DNA of 64,000 bases, taken from contig OZ231126.1 in NCBI GenBank assembly GCA_965153355.1, forward strand, positions 8,432,001 through 8,496,000. The letters are read 5' to 3'. Numbering within the stretch: position 1 is the stretch's first letter; every line of letters starts with the position of its first letter. This DNA is from Flaccisagitta enflata. Taxonomy: Eukaryota. A program made the translations under genes and the position numbers. Shown here one piece after another: positions 1 through 13,439 of the stretch. The notes beneath the pieces were generated by a model. It did no database searches, was not told the origin of the DNA, and saw only the letters and a program-made list of their open reading frames with translations.

Positions 1-2542
1 CAACACCTATAAGTCGCGTGCGAGACTTAATTGTATAATCGCCTAATTATAGAAGAACATTATTTCCTGTAATGACGATAATGGCAATAATTACCTATTG
101 ACCGATAATTGCTTATAATGACCTATAATTACCTATAATTACCCACAATCAAATAATGACCTATAAGTACCTATGAAGACCTATGATAACCTATAATTAC
201 ATATGGACCAATGATTACCTACAATGAAGTATGATTACCCTGTGTTCAAAAGCAAGTGATACCAGCAAAACCTTCATCGTGCCTAAAGTATTCATTTTGA
301 GAAATTCAGATTGGTTTCATCCGAAAGCATATAACCTACCATTTATTCATGCAAAATTTCAAAGCACCGGGTCTAGTAGTTCAGCTTCCATAAAATCTTG
401 AAAATTCATGAAATTTCCAGGAATTTTGCTCAAAAACTGCATTGTAAAACTGTTTTACATCAATGAACCCTTGTAATTTTTGCATATATTGAACTAAAAT
501 CACCAGATTGGTCGTAAATTGTTAGTTTTCCACCCTTCTTTTTCATATGATTTGATTTGTCAATATTTTGGAGAAAACTAGAAACCTTATGACTAGCAAT
601 GTGATTCAAAACCTATTCAAACTTCAAAAAATCAAAGAAAAATTAAGATTTTGCACCTGAATTTCCGCGATTTGGTATTTATGGCTTGAAATATGTAAAC
701 TGAAACTCATATCCTGCTTTCTGGACCAATCTGGTCATTTTTGCATGATTCATTAAAGAATGCCATTGATTCTAAGCTACATAAGTCAGTCCATCATTAT
801 CTTAGGAATCTTCTAATGGTTTATCCACAATTTCATTCCTAACTATGTGGAAGCTCAACCGCTAGAGCCACTACTATGAAATTTTGTATGTATAAATGGT
901 AGGGAATGTGCTTTCAGGCAGAACCAATCCGAAATTCTCAAAATGAATACTTAAAGCGCAATAATGGTTTTGCTGGTATCACTTGCTTTTGAACACAGGG
1001 TATCCATAATTACCCATAATTACCTATAATAACATAATGACCTATAATTACCTATAATGACCTATGATTACCTATAATTACCAATAATTGCCCATAATTA
1101 AATAATGACCTATAAGTACCTATAAAGACCTATGATTACCTATAATCACATATGGACCAATAATTACCTATATTGACCTATGATTACCTATAATTACCCA
1201 TGATTACCTATTATAACATAATGACCTGTAATTACCTGTAATTACCTATAATTACCTATACTTACCTATAATTGCATAATGACCTATAATTACCTATAAT
1301 TACCTATGATTAGCTATAATTACCTATAACTGAATAATGACCTATAATTACCTAAGATTGTCTATTGACATATAATTACCTATAATGACCTATAATTACC
1401 TATTATTACTTATAATTACATAATGACCTATAATTGCCTTTAATGACCTTTGATTACCTATAACTACCCATAATTGCATAAAGACCTTTGATTACCAATA
1501 ATTACCTATAATGACCTATAATGACCTATAATTACCTATAATTACAAAATGACCTATAATTACCTATAATTACCTATAATTATCTATAATTACATAATGA
1601 CCTATAATTGCCAATAATGACCTATAATTGCATAATGACTTATAATTACCTATTATGACCTATAATTACCTATAATTACATAATAACCTATAATTACCTA
1701 TAATTACCTATAATGGCCTATAATTTCCGATAATTACCTATAATTACCTATGATTACATACTGACCAATAATGACCTATAATTACATAATAACCTATGAT
1801 TACCTATAATGACCTATAATGACCTATAATTGCATAATAACCTATAATTGCATAATAACCTATAATTACCTATAATTACCTATAATCACCTATAATGACC
1901 TATTATTACCTATAATTACCTATAATTACTTATAATGACCTATAATTGCATAATTACCTATAATGGCCTATGATTACCTATAATGACCTATGATTACCTG
2001 TAATTGCCTAATGACCTATAATGACCTATGATTACCCAAAATTGCATTATGACTTATAATTACCTTTAATCATATAAATAAAAATTGACTTATACTGCCT
2101 TGAATTGACTTATACTGAGTTAAACTGACTTAAATTGACTTGAATTCACTTAAAATGACTTAAAATGACCTAGATTGACTTAGATTGACAAAAATTCAAT
2201 AATGACTCGAATGACTTAATTTGACATAAAATGACTTAAATTGACTTACACTGCTTTAAATTGACTTATACTGAGTTAAACTGACTTAAATTGACTTGAA
2301 TTTACTTAAAATGACTTAAAATGACCTAGATTGACTTAAATTGACTAAAGTTCAATAATGACTCAAATGACTTAATTTGACTTAAAGTGACTTAAAATGA
2401 CTTAAAATGATCTAATTTGACTCAAAATCACTTAATTGACTTCAAATGACTTTACAGGAATAAAACGAATAAAAAAAGTAAAATGGGGACAGACCGACCG
2501 ACCGACCGACCGACCGACGGACCGACAAAGCGGGGTATAGAG
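1..2542. repeat. 10-bp satellite arrays (attacctata-type to ~2070; ttgacttaaa-type 2095-2455) inside a Helentron/DINE-like element
   Basis: Degenerate 10-mers; agtcgcgtgcg at 12-22; (gacc)n and gagtcgcgtgcacgcgactaaaa terminus at 2490-2542. Confidence 0.8.
238..1000. mobile_element. MITE, TIR CCCTGTGTTCAAAAGCAAGTGATACCAGC, TA TSD
   Basis: Perfect ~35-bp TIR plus longer imperfect inverted arms; TA at 236-237 and 1001-1002. Confidence 0.9.
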
Positions 2543-2987
2543 TCGCGTGCACGCGACTAAAAATCCTTTATGAAACAATTAATTCAATTAAAGGGATTTC
2601 GGATTGAAATCGTACAACCTCGTAATCGCTATTACCCATTGAACACCCCCCCCCGTCATCGCCGTCACTCATTGCGCTGTCACCCACAAATGTCGTCATC
2701 GCCTGTAGACCGTCGTCGCTACCGCCAACGTCATCTTTAAGACTTTATTGTCTTTGTCTGCCATCGTCGTTATCAGCGTCATCGCCGCCATCGTCATCAT
2801 CACAATCTGCGTCATGGCCATCGTCATCATCCCCATCTGCGTCACGGCCATCGTCATCATCCCCATCTGCGTCACGGCCATCGTCATCATCCCCATCTGC
2901 GTCACGGCCATCGTCATCATCCCCATCTGCGTCACGGCCAACATCATCCCCATCGTCTCCACCGCCATTGCATCGTCGTTATGACTA

Positions 2988-3640
2988 GGGTGGTCGGGAA
3001 TAAGGGTCAAATTTAAAAAGAAATGATAAACTCTAGTTTATTGCATAAATGTACTAAATCAGAAGGTTTTCGCACAAGTAGAGGTCTGAATTTGAAGAAT
3101 AAACCATGTCGGCAACACTGCAGGCTTCCCATGGCAGTAAAATAATCCCCATAGTAAGCCTATGATTTTGCCAACAAGGTTTTTCTGTTTGATTTTACAC
3201 CCCAGCTTGTGGGAAATCCTTCTTTATTGGTTATTTGTGCAAAGAGCTTAAGTACAGTATTTGCTCTGCTTAAATGCCCCCTCTCTAATAAGCGTCCCTC
3301 CCCTTTTTTTCCTCAATGAGTCAAAAAATAATTGTTAAGTCCAAAGGGAAAATTGTTACAAAATCAATGAAAAGTTCTTCTCTTGCTGCTTTAATCAATA
3401 GGTTTTAAGGAGAAATACAAAAAATATTTTAAGGATTAATGATTTTTTTTAAATTGCTACATAAACATGACGGGAAATCGTCAAAATTGTCAGATATTCA
3501 CGTGCTTTAGTTTTAATGGGGGACGCTAATTAGAGCAAAATATGACATTTTCAAATTTCAATTTCAAAAGCGCCCGGGGCGCTAATTAGAGCAAGTACGG
3601 TATATCAACATATGAAATTTGACCAAATTCCCAACCACCC
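2988..3640. mobile_element. MITE (GGGTGGTCGGGAA...TTCCCAACCACCC), TA TSD
   Basis: Imperfect TIRs; TA at 2986-2987 and 3641-3642. Confidence 0.75.
3255..3600. mobile_element. Nested pogo/Tigger-type MITE
   Basis: TA|CAGTATTTGCTCT ... AGAGCAAGTACGG|TA. Confidence 0.7.
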
Positions 3641-4046
3641 TAGTTATCACCGTCGTCGCCACCGCCAATATCATCTACATCGTCTTCACCATCATTGTTG
3701 TTATCACCATCGTCATGACTGTCATCGCCACTGTCGTCATCAAAGTCGTCATCACCACCAAGTCCATCATCTTCAACGCCATCGTCGTCATCACCACCGC
3801 TATCATCCTCATCACCGTCGTCACCGCCGCCGTCGTCGTTGTCACCACCATCGTCCTTATCACCGTCGTTATCATCGCCCTCATCTTTACCGCCATCGTC
3901 GTTGTCACCATCGTTATCACCGTCGTCGTTGTCACCGCCATTGTCGTCATCACCGTCGTATACGATGTCACATCATCGTGACATCATCGGAAGTACAAAC
4001 GATGTTTGAATTGACAAAAACAGTCACCCGGTTTCAAGATAACGGC

Positions 4047-4226
<180 letters not shown>

Positions 4227-5476
4227 TGACAGAAAGAGAAAGGATTGTTCTTTGTACACCAGGCACCAAGCCTTAAGCCTTAAGATCGTTTTATATTAGG
4301 ATCAACCTTTGTTCTTCTTTTTACACCCAGACATAAGGTAATCTGTTTTCTACGCACCGCATCAGTTCAGCCATCTGCTGATCTCTTTTGTACACCCCGC
4401 TTCAACATCGTTTTTAGTCGCGTGCTACGCGACTCCAAAAGCTACTTTTCGGTCCGTCGGTCCGTCCTTCAGTCTGTTGGTTGGTCCGTCCATCCGTCAC
4501 AAAGTCGTTTTTCATGTCTCTGAAAAGTGGAGAAGCTGGGAGTAGTAAATAGCTATTTCAAATGTTTTTTGATAAAAAAAATCGTTTTTCTGTCTGTCTG
4601 CGTGACTTTTTTGAAAGTTCCGACGCACGCGACTTAGGTTTAATGACCTTGTAAAACACCCAGCCACCAGATATTTTGTTACGTACGCCCAACATGAAGC
4701 TCAGTTCTCCTTTCACACAAAGCACCAGCCAATACCGTCTGAGGAATAAGGATTTCTAGCTCAAAGAAAAGGGGGGTCAAAAGGGCGAGTCCGGTGGCAC
4801 CTATCATGTTAGGTCTTAAAATGTGCGTAATACCTAGGGCAACAGTATTCCAGGCTTGGTTGACCCAATTTCAGTTGCGTGTTCCAACGTCCCCCCAAAA
4901 AAACTGCCCAAAATGGCCAAAAATGGCTTTTTTGGCTGTTTTTGGCCCTAAAACCTGTCTGAAACTTGGAGGAGAGCCATGAAATTTTGCATGCACATGT
5001 AATAGACCCTAATTAAGTTCCATGTAAAAAATTTTGCATGTGTGAAATTTTCTAGGTACCTGAATTTCAAAAAAACGGGTATTTTTTTAGTATAGTTAAT
5101 GAAAAATGATGTCGTTACCCCTCTTAAAGTTGACCAATTTGGACAAAATTTTAACTGTAGGTACCTCACATCATGCAATACTTCCATGTAAAATTTCATC
5201 CAAATCGGAGCACGTTAAGTACCAAAAATTGCATTTGAAAATACAAAATTTGAAAAAAGTAACCCCAAAAATCGTCTTAGAGCTGGGGACATTGCCATAA
5301 TAGGGAAGGGACGTATGAACCGTGGGCCAAAATTCCTTGAAGGGACTGTTATTGATGCCCCAAAAAAATTTTATGACCCTGAGAGTCAAATAACAATTTT
5401 TTGAAGACCATTAAACTGAAAATTGCGAAATTTGCCGATTTTAGCCGGTTAGGCCTTTTTTCAACCGGTAACCTAA

Positions 5477-5830
5477 ATTTGGATGCAAGCCACAAAACCT
5501 CAAATCACGGTACCAGATCGCCTGTCTCATGGTTGGGAAGAAACCACCAAGGGCCTGAGACCTATCCCAGAAACAAAAGAAAACATGCAAAAACAAGCAA
5601 ATGTTTATGACCATCTCATGAAAAAGTGCCGTTGCAAAAAATCTCAGTGCAAAAATGGAAGGTGCGCCTGCTGCAATAGTAAAACAAACTGCACATCCTT
5701 TTGTGAGTGTGAATATTGCTGCAATCCATTTGCCAAAGAAGTTCAAAAACCAGTCGAGGATACTGAATCTGAGGAAGAAATAGAAGAGGAGGAAGAGAGT
5801 GGAGCAAGTAGAATAGACGAGGTTGATTAA
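5477..5830 (+). pseudogene. C-terminal transposase fragment with tesmin/TSO1-like CXC (Cys8-type) zinc finger
   Basis: IWMQA...VPDRLSHGWEETTKGLRP...KKCRCKKSQCKNGRCACCNSKTNCTSFCECEYCCN plus acidic tail; 5' end truncated against the left arm. Confidence 0.7.
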
Positions 5831-6715
5831 GTTTTCTGATCACATGATCACAGAGAGTTTGCTGTCATTGTCTGTTTGTCTGTTTGTCCGATGGGGCCTT
5901 TCCTGCACCACCTCCCCGCTGGTGGCCCTGGCTCTGGTCTTTGATATTTTACATATGAGGAAATATGTTTTACTATATCACTGACTACCAAGAGTGCAGA
6001 TGTTAGCTTTTTTTGTGGGGGGGGGGATTTCAGGGCCATATTTCAACATTTCATGATGTGAAGTACCTCCAGTTAAAATTTTTTGTCCAAATTAGTCAAC
6101 TTTAAGGAGGGTAACAACATCAATTTTTATTAACTATACAAAAAAAACACCATTTTTTTTAATTTAGGTACCTAATAATTTTAAGACATTCAAAATTTTT
6201 ACATGGAACTTAATTAGGGTCTACTACATGTGCATGCAAAATCTCAGAGCCATATTTCAACTTTTTTGTAGGTTAAAGGTGGAAAAAAGGCCTTAAATTG
6301 GCAGATATCGCAATTTTCAGTCAAACGGTCTTCAAAAAATTATTATTTGACACCCAAAAAATGCTCTCAGGGTCATGAAATTTTTTTTGGGCATCACCAA
6401 CAGTCCCTTCAAGGAATTTTGGCCCATGGTTCATACGTCCCTGCCATATTATGGCAATGTCCCCAGCTCAAAGACAATTTTTGGGGTTACTTTTTTAAAA
6501 TTTTGTATTTTCGAATGCAATTTTTGGTACTTAACATGCTCCGATTTGGATGAAATTTTACATGGAAGTAGTGCATGATGTGAGGTACCTCCAGTTAAAA
6601 TTTTGTCCAAATTGGTCAATTTTAAGGGGGGTAACATCATTTTTCATTAACAATACAAAAAAAATTCCCGTTTTTTTGAAATTCAAGTACCTAAAAATTT
6701 TCACACATACAAAAT

Positions 6716-6953
6716 TTTTAGTCGCGTGCTACGCGTCTCTACACCCCATTTTGTCGGTCCGTCCATCTGTCGGTCCGTCAGTCCGTCCGTCGGTCTGTCC
6801 GTCGGTCCGTCCGTCGGACCGTCGGTCACACTTTACTTTTTTTGGGTTTTTGGGATTTTTGGCTTCACTGCTCCTGCCCAAATGATCTGGTGACCTCAAT
6901 TACGGCCCCTGCCTACCCGCACGCCACTGGGGTAGCCGTGTATCCGGCCTTGT
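6716..6953 (+). mobile_element. Helentron/DINE-1-like short element, family A (representative copy)
   Basis: tttttagtcgcgtgctacgcg..., (gtcc/gtcg)n, 3' gtagccgtgtatccggccttgttt hairpin; inserted in a T run. Related copies at about 4413-4652, 14100-14245, 15788-16025, 16356-16530, 21719-21955, 22005-22565, 27453-27613, 28045-28240, 38594-38800, 39459-39693, 49455-50130, 55228-55400, 60024-60230. Confidence 0.8.
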
Positions 6954-8503
6954 TTACATGGAGCTTAATTAGGGTCTAATACATGTGCATGCAAAATTTC
7001 AGAGCCATATTTCAATATTTTTTTAGGTTAATGGTTGAAAAAAGGCCTAAAATCAGCAAATTTCGCAATTTTCGGTCTTACGGTCTTCAAAATATTGTTA
7101 TTTGACACCCAAAAAATGCTCTCAGGGTCATGAAATTTTTTTTTGGCATCATTAACACTCCCTTCAAGGAATTTTGGCCCATGTTTCATACGTCCCTTCC
7201 ATATTATGGCAATGTCCCCAGCTCAAAGACAATTTTTGGGGTTACTTTTTTAAAATTTTGTATTTTCAAATGCAATTTTGGGTACTTAACGTGCTCTGAT
7301 TTGGATGAAATTTAACATGGAAGTAGTGCATGATGTGAGGTACCTCCAATTAGAATTTTGTCCAAATCGGTCAACTTTAAGGGGGGTAACGACATCATTT
7401 TTCATTAACTATACTAGAAAAATTCCTGTTTTTTTGAAATTCAGGTACCTAAAAATTTTCACACTTACAAAATTTTTTACATGGAACTTAATTAGGGTCT
7501 ATTACATGTGCATGCAAAATTTCATGGCTCTCCTCCAAATTTCAGATAGGTTTCAGGGCCAAAAACGGCCAAAAAAGGCTATTCTTGGCCATTTTGGGCA
7601 GTTTTTTTTTGGGACGTTTGAACACGCACCTGAAATTGGGTCAACCAAGCCTGGATTAGTGTTCCCCTAGGTAATACGCTTATTTTAAGACCCAACATCA
7701 TAGGTGCCACCGGATTCGCCACTTTTATGAAGCCCTACAGACAGAAAAACCTCTGACGGAACATACGTGGTCTTTTGATTCGTCAGCAAAATGAGCGACA
7801 GAAATATATGTACAAAATCAGAAATTACATTTAACATGAAAAAGAAAAATTAACAGACTACATGTAAGCATTATTGTAAGCATTGTTGCACAATTCTTAC
7901 GCATGTTCAGCACAATCAGCAACAGACTCAGTCCCCTCGTCAATACATGTTGTTGTGAGTCAGGGCGTGGCCTAAGCTGAAGACGGCGCTTGCTTACAAA
8001 TGGCGGGGAAATATGATGATTTCTGTTTGTCACGAGGGGACGCTAGTAGTCACTTTTCCACGTTTGCATAAAAGGGAACTTTCCACTATCCAGGTTCGTA
8101 TACATACGAGATTTCGTCATGGCTAGCCAAGGCTGTTATGTTTGTTAGTCGGTTAGCTGGTTAGTCTGAGATGTTTAGCTAGTTGGTCTGAAATGGTTGG
8201 CTAGCCAGTTAGTGTGTGTGTGAGATGGTTGGCTGGTCAGTAGCCCACAGCTCTCACTCCTCAATCTTCATTCTTGTAAACGTGACTGTAAAAAGTGGTT
8301 GCTTTATCCCTTGGAGGCCAAAACAAGGAAAGGAAAAATGAAGGGGAGAGTAAAATAAGAATTCCAGGTTCCAGGTTCCAGGTTCTTTTTTCTCCCTTTC
8401 AGCCTGAAAAAATCTCAAATTCCGTCATGCTTCAGACGCTCCATCGATTAGACATGGCAAACTGAATCAAAAATTTAAACCTTGCAGTCTTAGCATGACG
8501 GAA

Positions 8504-11191
8504 CCCTTAGGCGCGATGAGACCTATGTTTGAGCTGAATATAAGAATGGGGCTGGGATTAGGTTATTGAGGCTAGGATTAAATTTCTGAGGCAGGGACTA
8601 GGTTGCTACCTGGATAAGGTCTCTGAGGCTGGCATTAGGTTGCTTAAGCCGGGATTAGGTCAGTGAGGCTGGGATATGGTCAGTGTGGCTAAGATAAGTT
8701 GACTTGTTGAAAGCAGGATTAGGTTGCTGAGACTGGCATTAAATTGCTGAGACTGTGATTAGGTTTCTAAGGCTGGCATTAAGTTATTGAGATATGGATT
8801 AGGTTGCTGAAACAGGAATTAGGTCGCAAACGCAGGTATTAGGTTGCTAAGGTCACTATTAGGATGTTGAGGCTTTAAGGTTGCTATAAGGTTGCTAGGG
8901 CTATTATTAGGTTGCTGAGGCTGGTATTAGGTTGTTGATGTTAGGATAAGGTCTCTGAGGTTGGCATTTGGTTGCTTAGGCCAGTATTAGGTCGCTGAGG
9001 CCCTCATTAGGTCGCATAGGCCTAGATTAGGTTGCTGATGCCCCAATTACATTGCTGGGGCCCAGATCAGGTTGCTGAGGCCAAGAGTAGGTTGCTGGGA
9101 CCCAGATTAGGTTGCTGAGACCCAGATTAGGTTGCTGAGACCCAGATTAGGTTGCTAAGTCCCAGATTACGTCGCTTAGGCCCACAAGACCCCAAATAAG
9201 GCCTCTCAGACCCCAAATTAGGCTACTCAGACCCCAAACTAGACCTCACAGGCCTTTCAGACCCCGAATCAGCCCACTCAGACCCAAAACTAGACCTCTC
9301 AGACTCCAAATTATGCTTCTCAGACATATCAAGACTCTCAGACCCCAAACCAGGCCGCTCAGATCCCTAATCAGTTCACTCAAACCTAAAATCAGGCCAG
9401 TCAGACCCAAAATTAGGCCTCTGAAACCTCAAGACAAGCCTTTTGACTCAATATGACCTCTCAGACCCAAAATCAGGCCTTTCAGACCCAAAATCCAGAC
9501 CCCAAATCATGCCTCTCAGACCCTACATTAGACCTTAAGACTCAAAACCCTCCCTCTCAGCCCTCAAAACCAGCTTCTCATCATCTCATTCCCAAATATA
9601 CAAGCTTAGGGGCCCCTTACAGAACATACTATGGAAAAATTGTAACAAATTTGACTGAGCAATGTTCATAAATATCCTCTGTTTGAAATATTCACATTTT
9701 AGCAAAAATAGAGATGTGTTCCTATGGCAGCCGCCCATAATGGAAAATGGAACATCCTTCTGTTTTTAGGCAGTGGCCCCAAAGGGGACGAAGTCCTGAA
9801 GAACACAGGGAGCATCTGTCCGTCCGTACGTACGTCTGTACATCTGTACATCCATCCCCCCCTCTCTTCATTGTCTCCTTCAAGCCCTATTCTGACCAAA
9901 ATTTAGCTAAATAGACCAAATCCAAGCAACATGGCCCAAATCTAAGCAAAATGGCCCAAATCCAAGCATAATGGCCCAAATTCAAGCAAAGTGGCCCAAA
10001 TCTAGCCAGAAAACCCCAATTCTGAACCGAGGTCCATCATTTCTGACCGAAGTTCTGCTAAATAGCCCAAATCCAAGCAATATGACCTAAATCTAAGCAA
10101 AATGTCCCAAATCCAAGCATAATTGCCCAAATTCAAGAAAAAAGGCCCAAATCTAGCCAGAAAACCCCAATACTAGGTCCATCATATTGGCCCCTTAGAC
10201 CTATGTTGTGGCCTCCAATATCTAGGTTCTGACCAGATTTTGCTTTTGGCAGAACGGATGGACAGATGGATGGATGGGCAGATTTCCCCTGTGTTTTACA
10301 GGACTTTGTCCCCTTCAGGGCCGCTGCCCTGCTCCCCTTCAACATAAATCAAACACTATTCAAGCAGGGCACGGGTACCGCCGACCATTTACTGCCTTTG
10401 GGCTGCTATTTCTTTTTGGGCAGCGGCCCCAAAAGGGACAAAGTCCTGTAGAATACAGGGAGAATCTGTCTGTTCATCCATTTGTACATTTGCCCATCCC
10501 CCCCCCGCCTCATCAGGGCTTCTTCTTTGGGGCCTCCTCTGACCTGAATTCTTCCAAATAGCCTAAATCCAAGCAATATAGCCAAAATCAAAACAAAATG
10601 GCCCAAATCCAAACATGATGGCCCAAATCCAAGCAAAATGGCCAAAATCTAAACCATAAGATCCCAATTCAGGTCTGAGGTCCATCATTTTGGCCCTTCA
10701 GATCTATATTGTAGCCTCCAATACCTACCAATACCGACCAGATTTAGGCCATTTTACTTGGATTTGGCCCATTTTGCTTGGATTTGGCCCATTTTGCTTA
10801 GATTTGGCCCATTTTGCTTGGATTTGGGCCATATTCACAACAGATGGACAGACAGACCGATTCTCTCCCCCCCCATGTTCCACAGGACTTTGTCCCCTTC
10901 AAGGTTGCTCCCCTGCTCCCCCTCAACCTAAATCATACGCTAAGTACTCAAGCAGGGCATGGGAACCGCACACCATTTTCTGCCTTTGGGCTGCTATTTT
11001 AAGTCACTTAGTGCTCTAGTTTTTTTCACTGTTATGCTTGGCTGAATCATCTCACGTCTAAATGTATTTCCCACATTCTCCAATGATCTGGTAAACTAAG
11101 CAGAATGACACAGAATGTAATTGGAGAAGTAAAATTTTGAAAAAGGTAAAAAATGATTTCATTCATTTTTTGCATGCTCTGCGCCTAAGGG
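8504..11191. mobile_element. Possible piggyBac-type non-autonomous element hosting 20-bp arrays
   Basis: CCCTTAGGCGC ... GCGCCTAAGGG (11-bp TIR); flanks GGAA/TTTA only partly match TTAA; internal gattaggttgctgag and tcagaccccaaa arrays at 8560-9560. Confidence 0.45.
9765..11000 (+). mobile_element. Two tandem copies of family B element (~45-bp inverted repeats, internal 21-bp minisatellite, 3' tail)
   Basis: ggcagcggccccaaagggg..gtcctgtagaa.acaggg and its reverse complement; aaatccaagcaa.atggccc units. Other copies at about 18810-19402, 22084-22435, 35316-35833, 35890-36402, 49590-50042, 60240-60580. Confidence 0.78.
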
Positions 11192-11310
11192 TTTAGGATT
11201 CTCACTGCAATGAGATTTGAACTTTAAAATCAATACGCGGAGATCTATAAAATGAGCTATTGATCATGGTGGTAAGATAAAAGCAACATATTCTGACTCA
11301 ACGTATTTTA

Positions 11311-12090
11311 CAGTATGATTTTTATCGTTTGTAACATTTCATGACGACATAATTTCAAAAATAAATGAAATAATTGAATTCTGAAAAAAGTTCCTAAAAG
11401 ACTATGAAAATACATTTTATAACATATCAATCAAAGGATCTACTTAGAAACATCTGATTCTCTCATGAAAAAATGAACTAAAGGGCCAACTTGACAAATT
11501 GTCAAATTGAAAAATTTGGGAAAATTTTACAGATTGATTGTTTACCCTTAAATTGCTCTCATTTCTAAACGGCTTGAGCCGCAGATGCCAGATTGGTCTC
11601 AAATGAAAGATAATTTGATGTAGTTTTATGGTTTTCTTAAAAGTAAGCACTAATTTGATGTTTTGAATACAATTTATTAACTATAGGCAGATTCTTTTTT
11701 TTAAATTTTCAAAAATGAACCCATTTCTTTTATGTTTTTTATGATACATGTTGCCAAAAAGGTTTCCTTCTATTTATTTTCTAAAACTACTTCAAATTAT
11801 CTTTCATTTGAGATCAACCCGGCATCTGCAGGTCAAATCGTTTAGAAATAAGATCAATCCAAAGAGAAACAGTTCATCTCAAAACATGAAAAACAGTTTA
11901 TTTTAGACAAATTTGCCTTGCAACTAATAATAAAAAATCTGGATCAAATTTTTGTAGAAAAGTCTTGGGAGTTTCATATCATAAAATGTATTTTCAATAT
12001 CTTTCACTATCTTTTTTCATAATATGATTATCTCTACAACTTTTCAAGTTATGTCGTCATGAAATGTTACAAACGAAAACAATCATACTG
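11311..12090. mobile_element. Tc1/mariner-type MITE
   Basis: TA|CAGTATGATT...cgtttgtaacatttcatgacgacataa and inverted copy ...AATCATACTG|TA. Confidence 0.88.
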
Positions 12091-13439
12091 TAGTCTTACT
12101 ACGGAAGATTCAAGGTTTGAAAATTCCCTACAAGAGGTCAAATTTTGCTACAAGAGGTCAAAATTCGTCTCGACAGATCAAAAGACTTTTTACAAGAGGT
12201 CAAATTTTGTTAGGCATGGTCGAGAGATTCTTTTCAAAAGGTCAAATGAGGTTTCCAACGATTCCAAGGTCAAAATCTTTCGATTCCAAGGTTGAATCTT
12301 CCGATCGTTCGGCCACTTTACTCACCTCAGAAACAATTGTAAGGCTGAAAAAAAAAATATTCCCCTGATTCAAATGACAGAGAAACGGCTGGGGGGATCT
12401 AAGGAAGAGAGATGGAGAGAGAGAGATATATGTATATACATTTCACTGTACACAGACACACAGACACACAGACACACAGACACACACACAGACACACACA
12501 CACACACACACAGACACACACACACACACACACAGAAAACACAGAAAACCAAGGTACAGCAAGGCATTCTAAAAAAGAGCGGTATGAAGTGGGAAAGGGG
12601 GAGAGGGGAAAAATCGTATCGAAATAGTTGACTCTAGTAGGTTCTAGGGGGAGAATGGCATCGAAATAGTTGACTCAAGTGGGTCCCAAGGTTTACCTAA
12701 GAGCGGCTTGGGGTGGTGGGGGGAGAGGGGGAGAATCGTATCAAAATAGTTGACTAAAGTAGGTCACAAGGTTGACCTAAGAGCGGTGTGGGGTGGTGGG
12801 GGGGGGGGAGAGGGGGAGAATGGCATAGATTGGCATAGAAATAGTTGACTCAAGTGGGTCACAAGGTTGACCTGTGAGGGTCCAATTGACGAAAAATGAG
12901 GGTCAAATGGCAAAAAAAAAGAAAGAAAGTAAGTAACTTTCAAGAGAGAAACTAACACGGAAAGGTGAATTTCCCCAAATTCCGTTCCTTTTTTTCATCT
13001 TTTTTTTCTCTCCGAAAACTGAAACTGAAAGAGACAACTGTTGTTTCTAACTTCAAAGCCATTCGAGCTCTTATGTTCTTCTGGATTTCTTATAAGAGAC
13101 ATGTTGAGATATGTTTTGTTGTTGTTGTTTAATGTTTATGTTGTTGTTCCATGATGAAATACGCGAGAGGTGGGGGCGAATGTATATTGCAGTTTGCCCT
13201 GCTCGAGAGCAGGTTGGCCAGGGCACTCAAGATGCCAAAAGCAGCACTATTGTATTGGGAATACACTGTCGAGCTGTCTAGTCACGTGCGGTTGGGCAGG
13301 GTCAGCGATAGAATGGACTAACCCATGCATGTGAAGGCCGAAGAAACTAGATACAACTTCATGCTCTTGGTTTTCATTCTCTTTCCTCTGCCCTTTTAGA
13401 TCAACCACCCCCCTCCCCTTATTACCCCATCCTGCCAAT

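Larger units (their letters stand above)
2655..3990. repeat. Degenerate (cat/cgt/cac) triplet repeat with a 30-bp unit (5 copies, 2811-2945), split by nested MITEs
   Basis: gtcacggccatcgtcatcatccccatctgc units; the repeat resumes after 3642. Confidence 0.8.
4770..7737. mobile_element. Academ-like DNA transposon deletion derivative with long inverted arms
   Basis: About 4785-5465 is the reverse complement of about 7025-7720; right end ...AGCCCTA; right-arm segment tandemly repeated (6040-7520); internal Cys-rich ORF; left end degenerate. Confidence 0.65.

Noticed and set aside
4794-7670. Multiple short ORFs in the inverted arms
   Set aside because: They recur on both strands because they are translations of non-coding TIR sequence.
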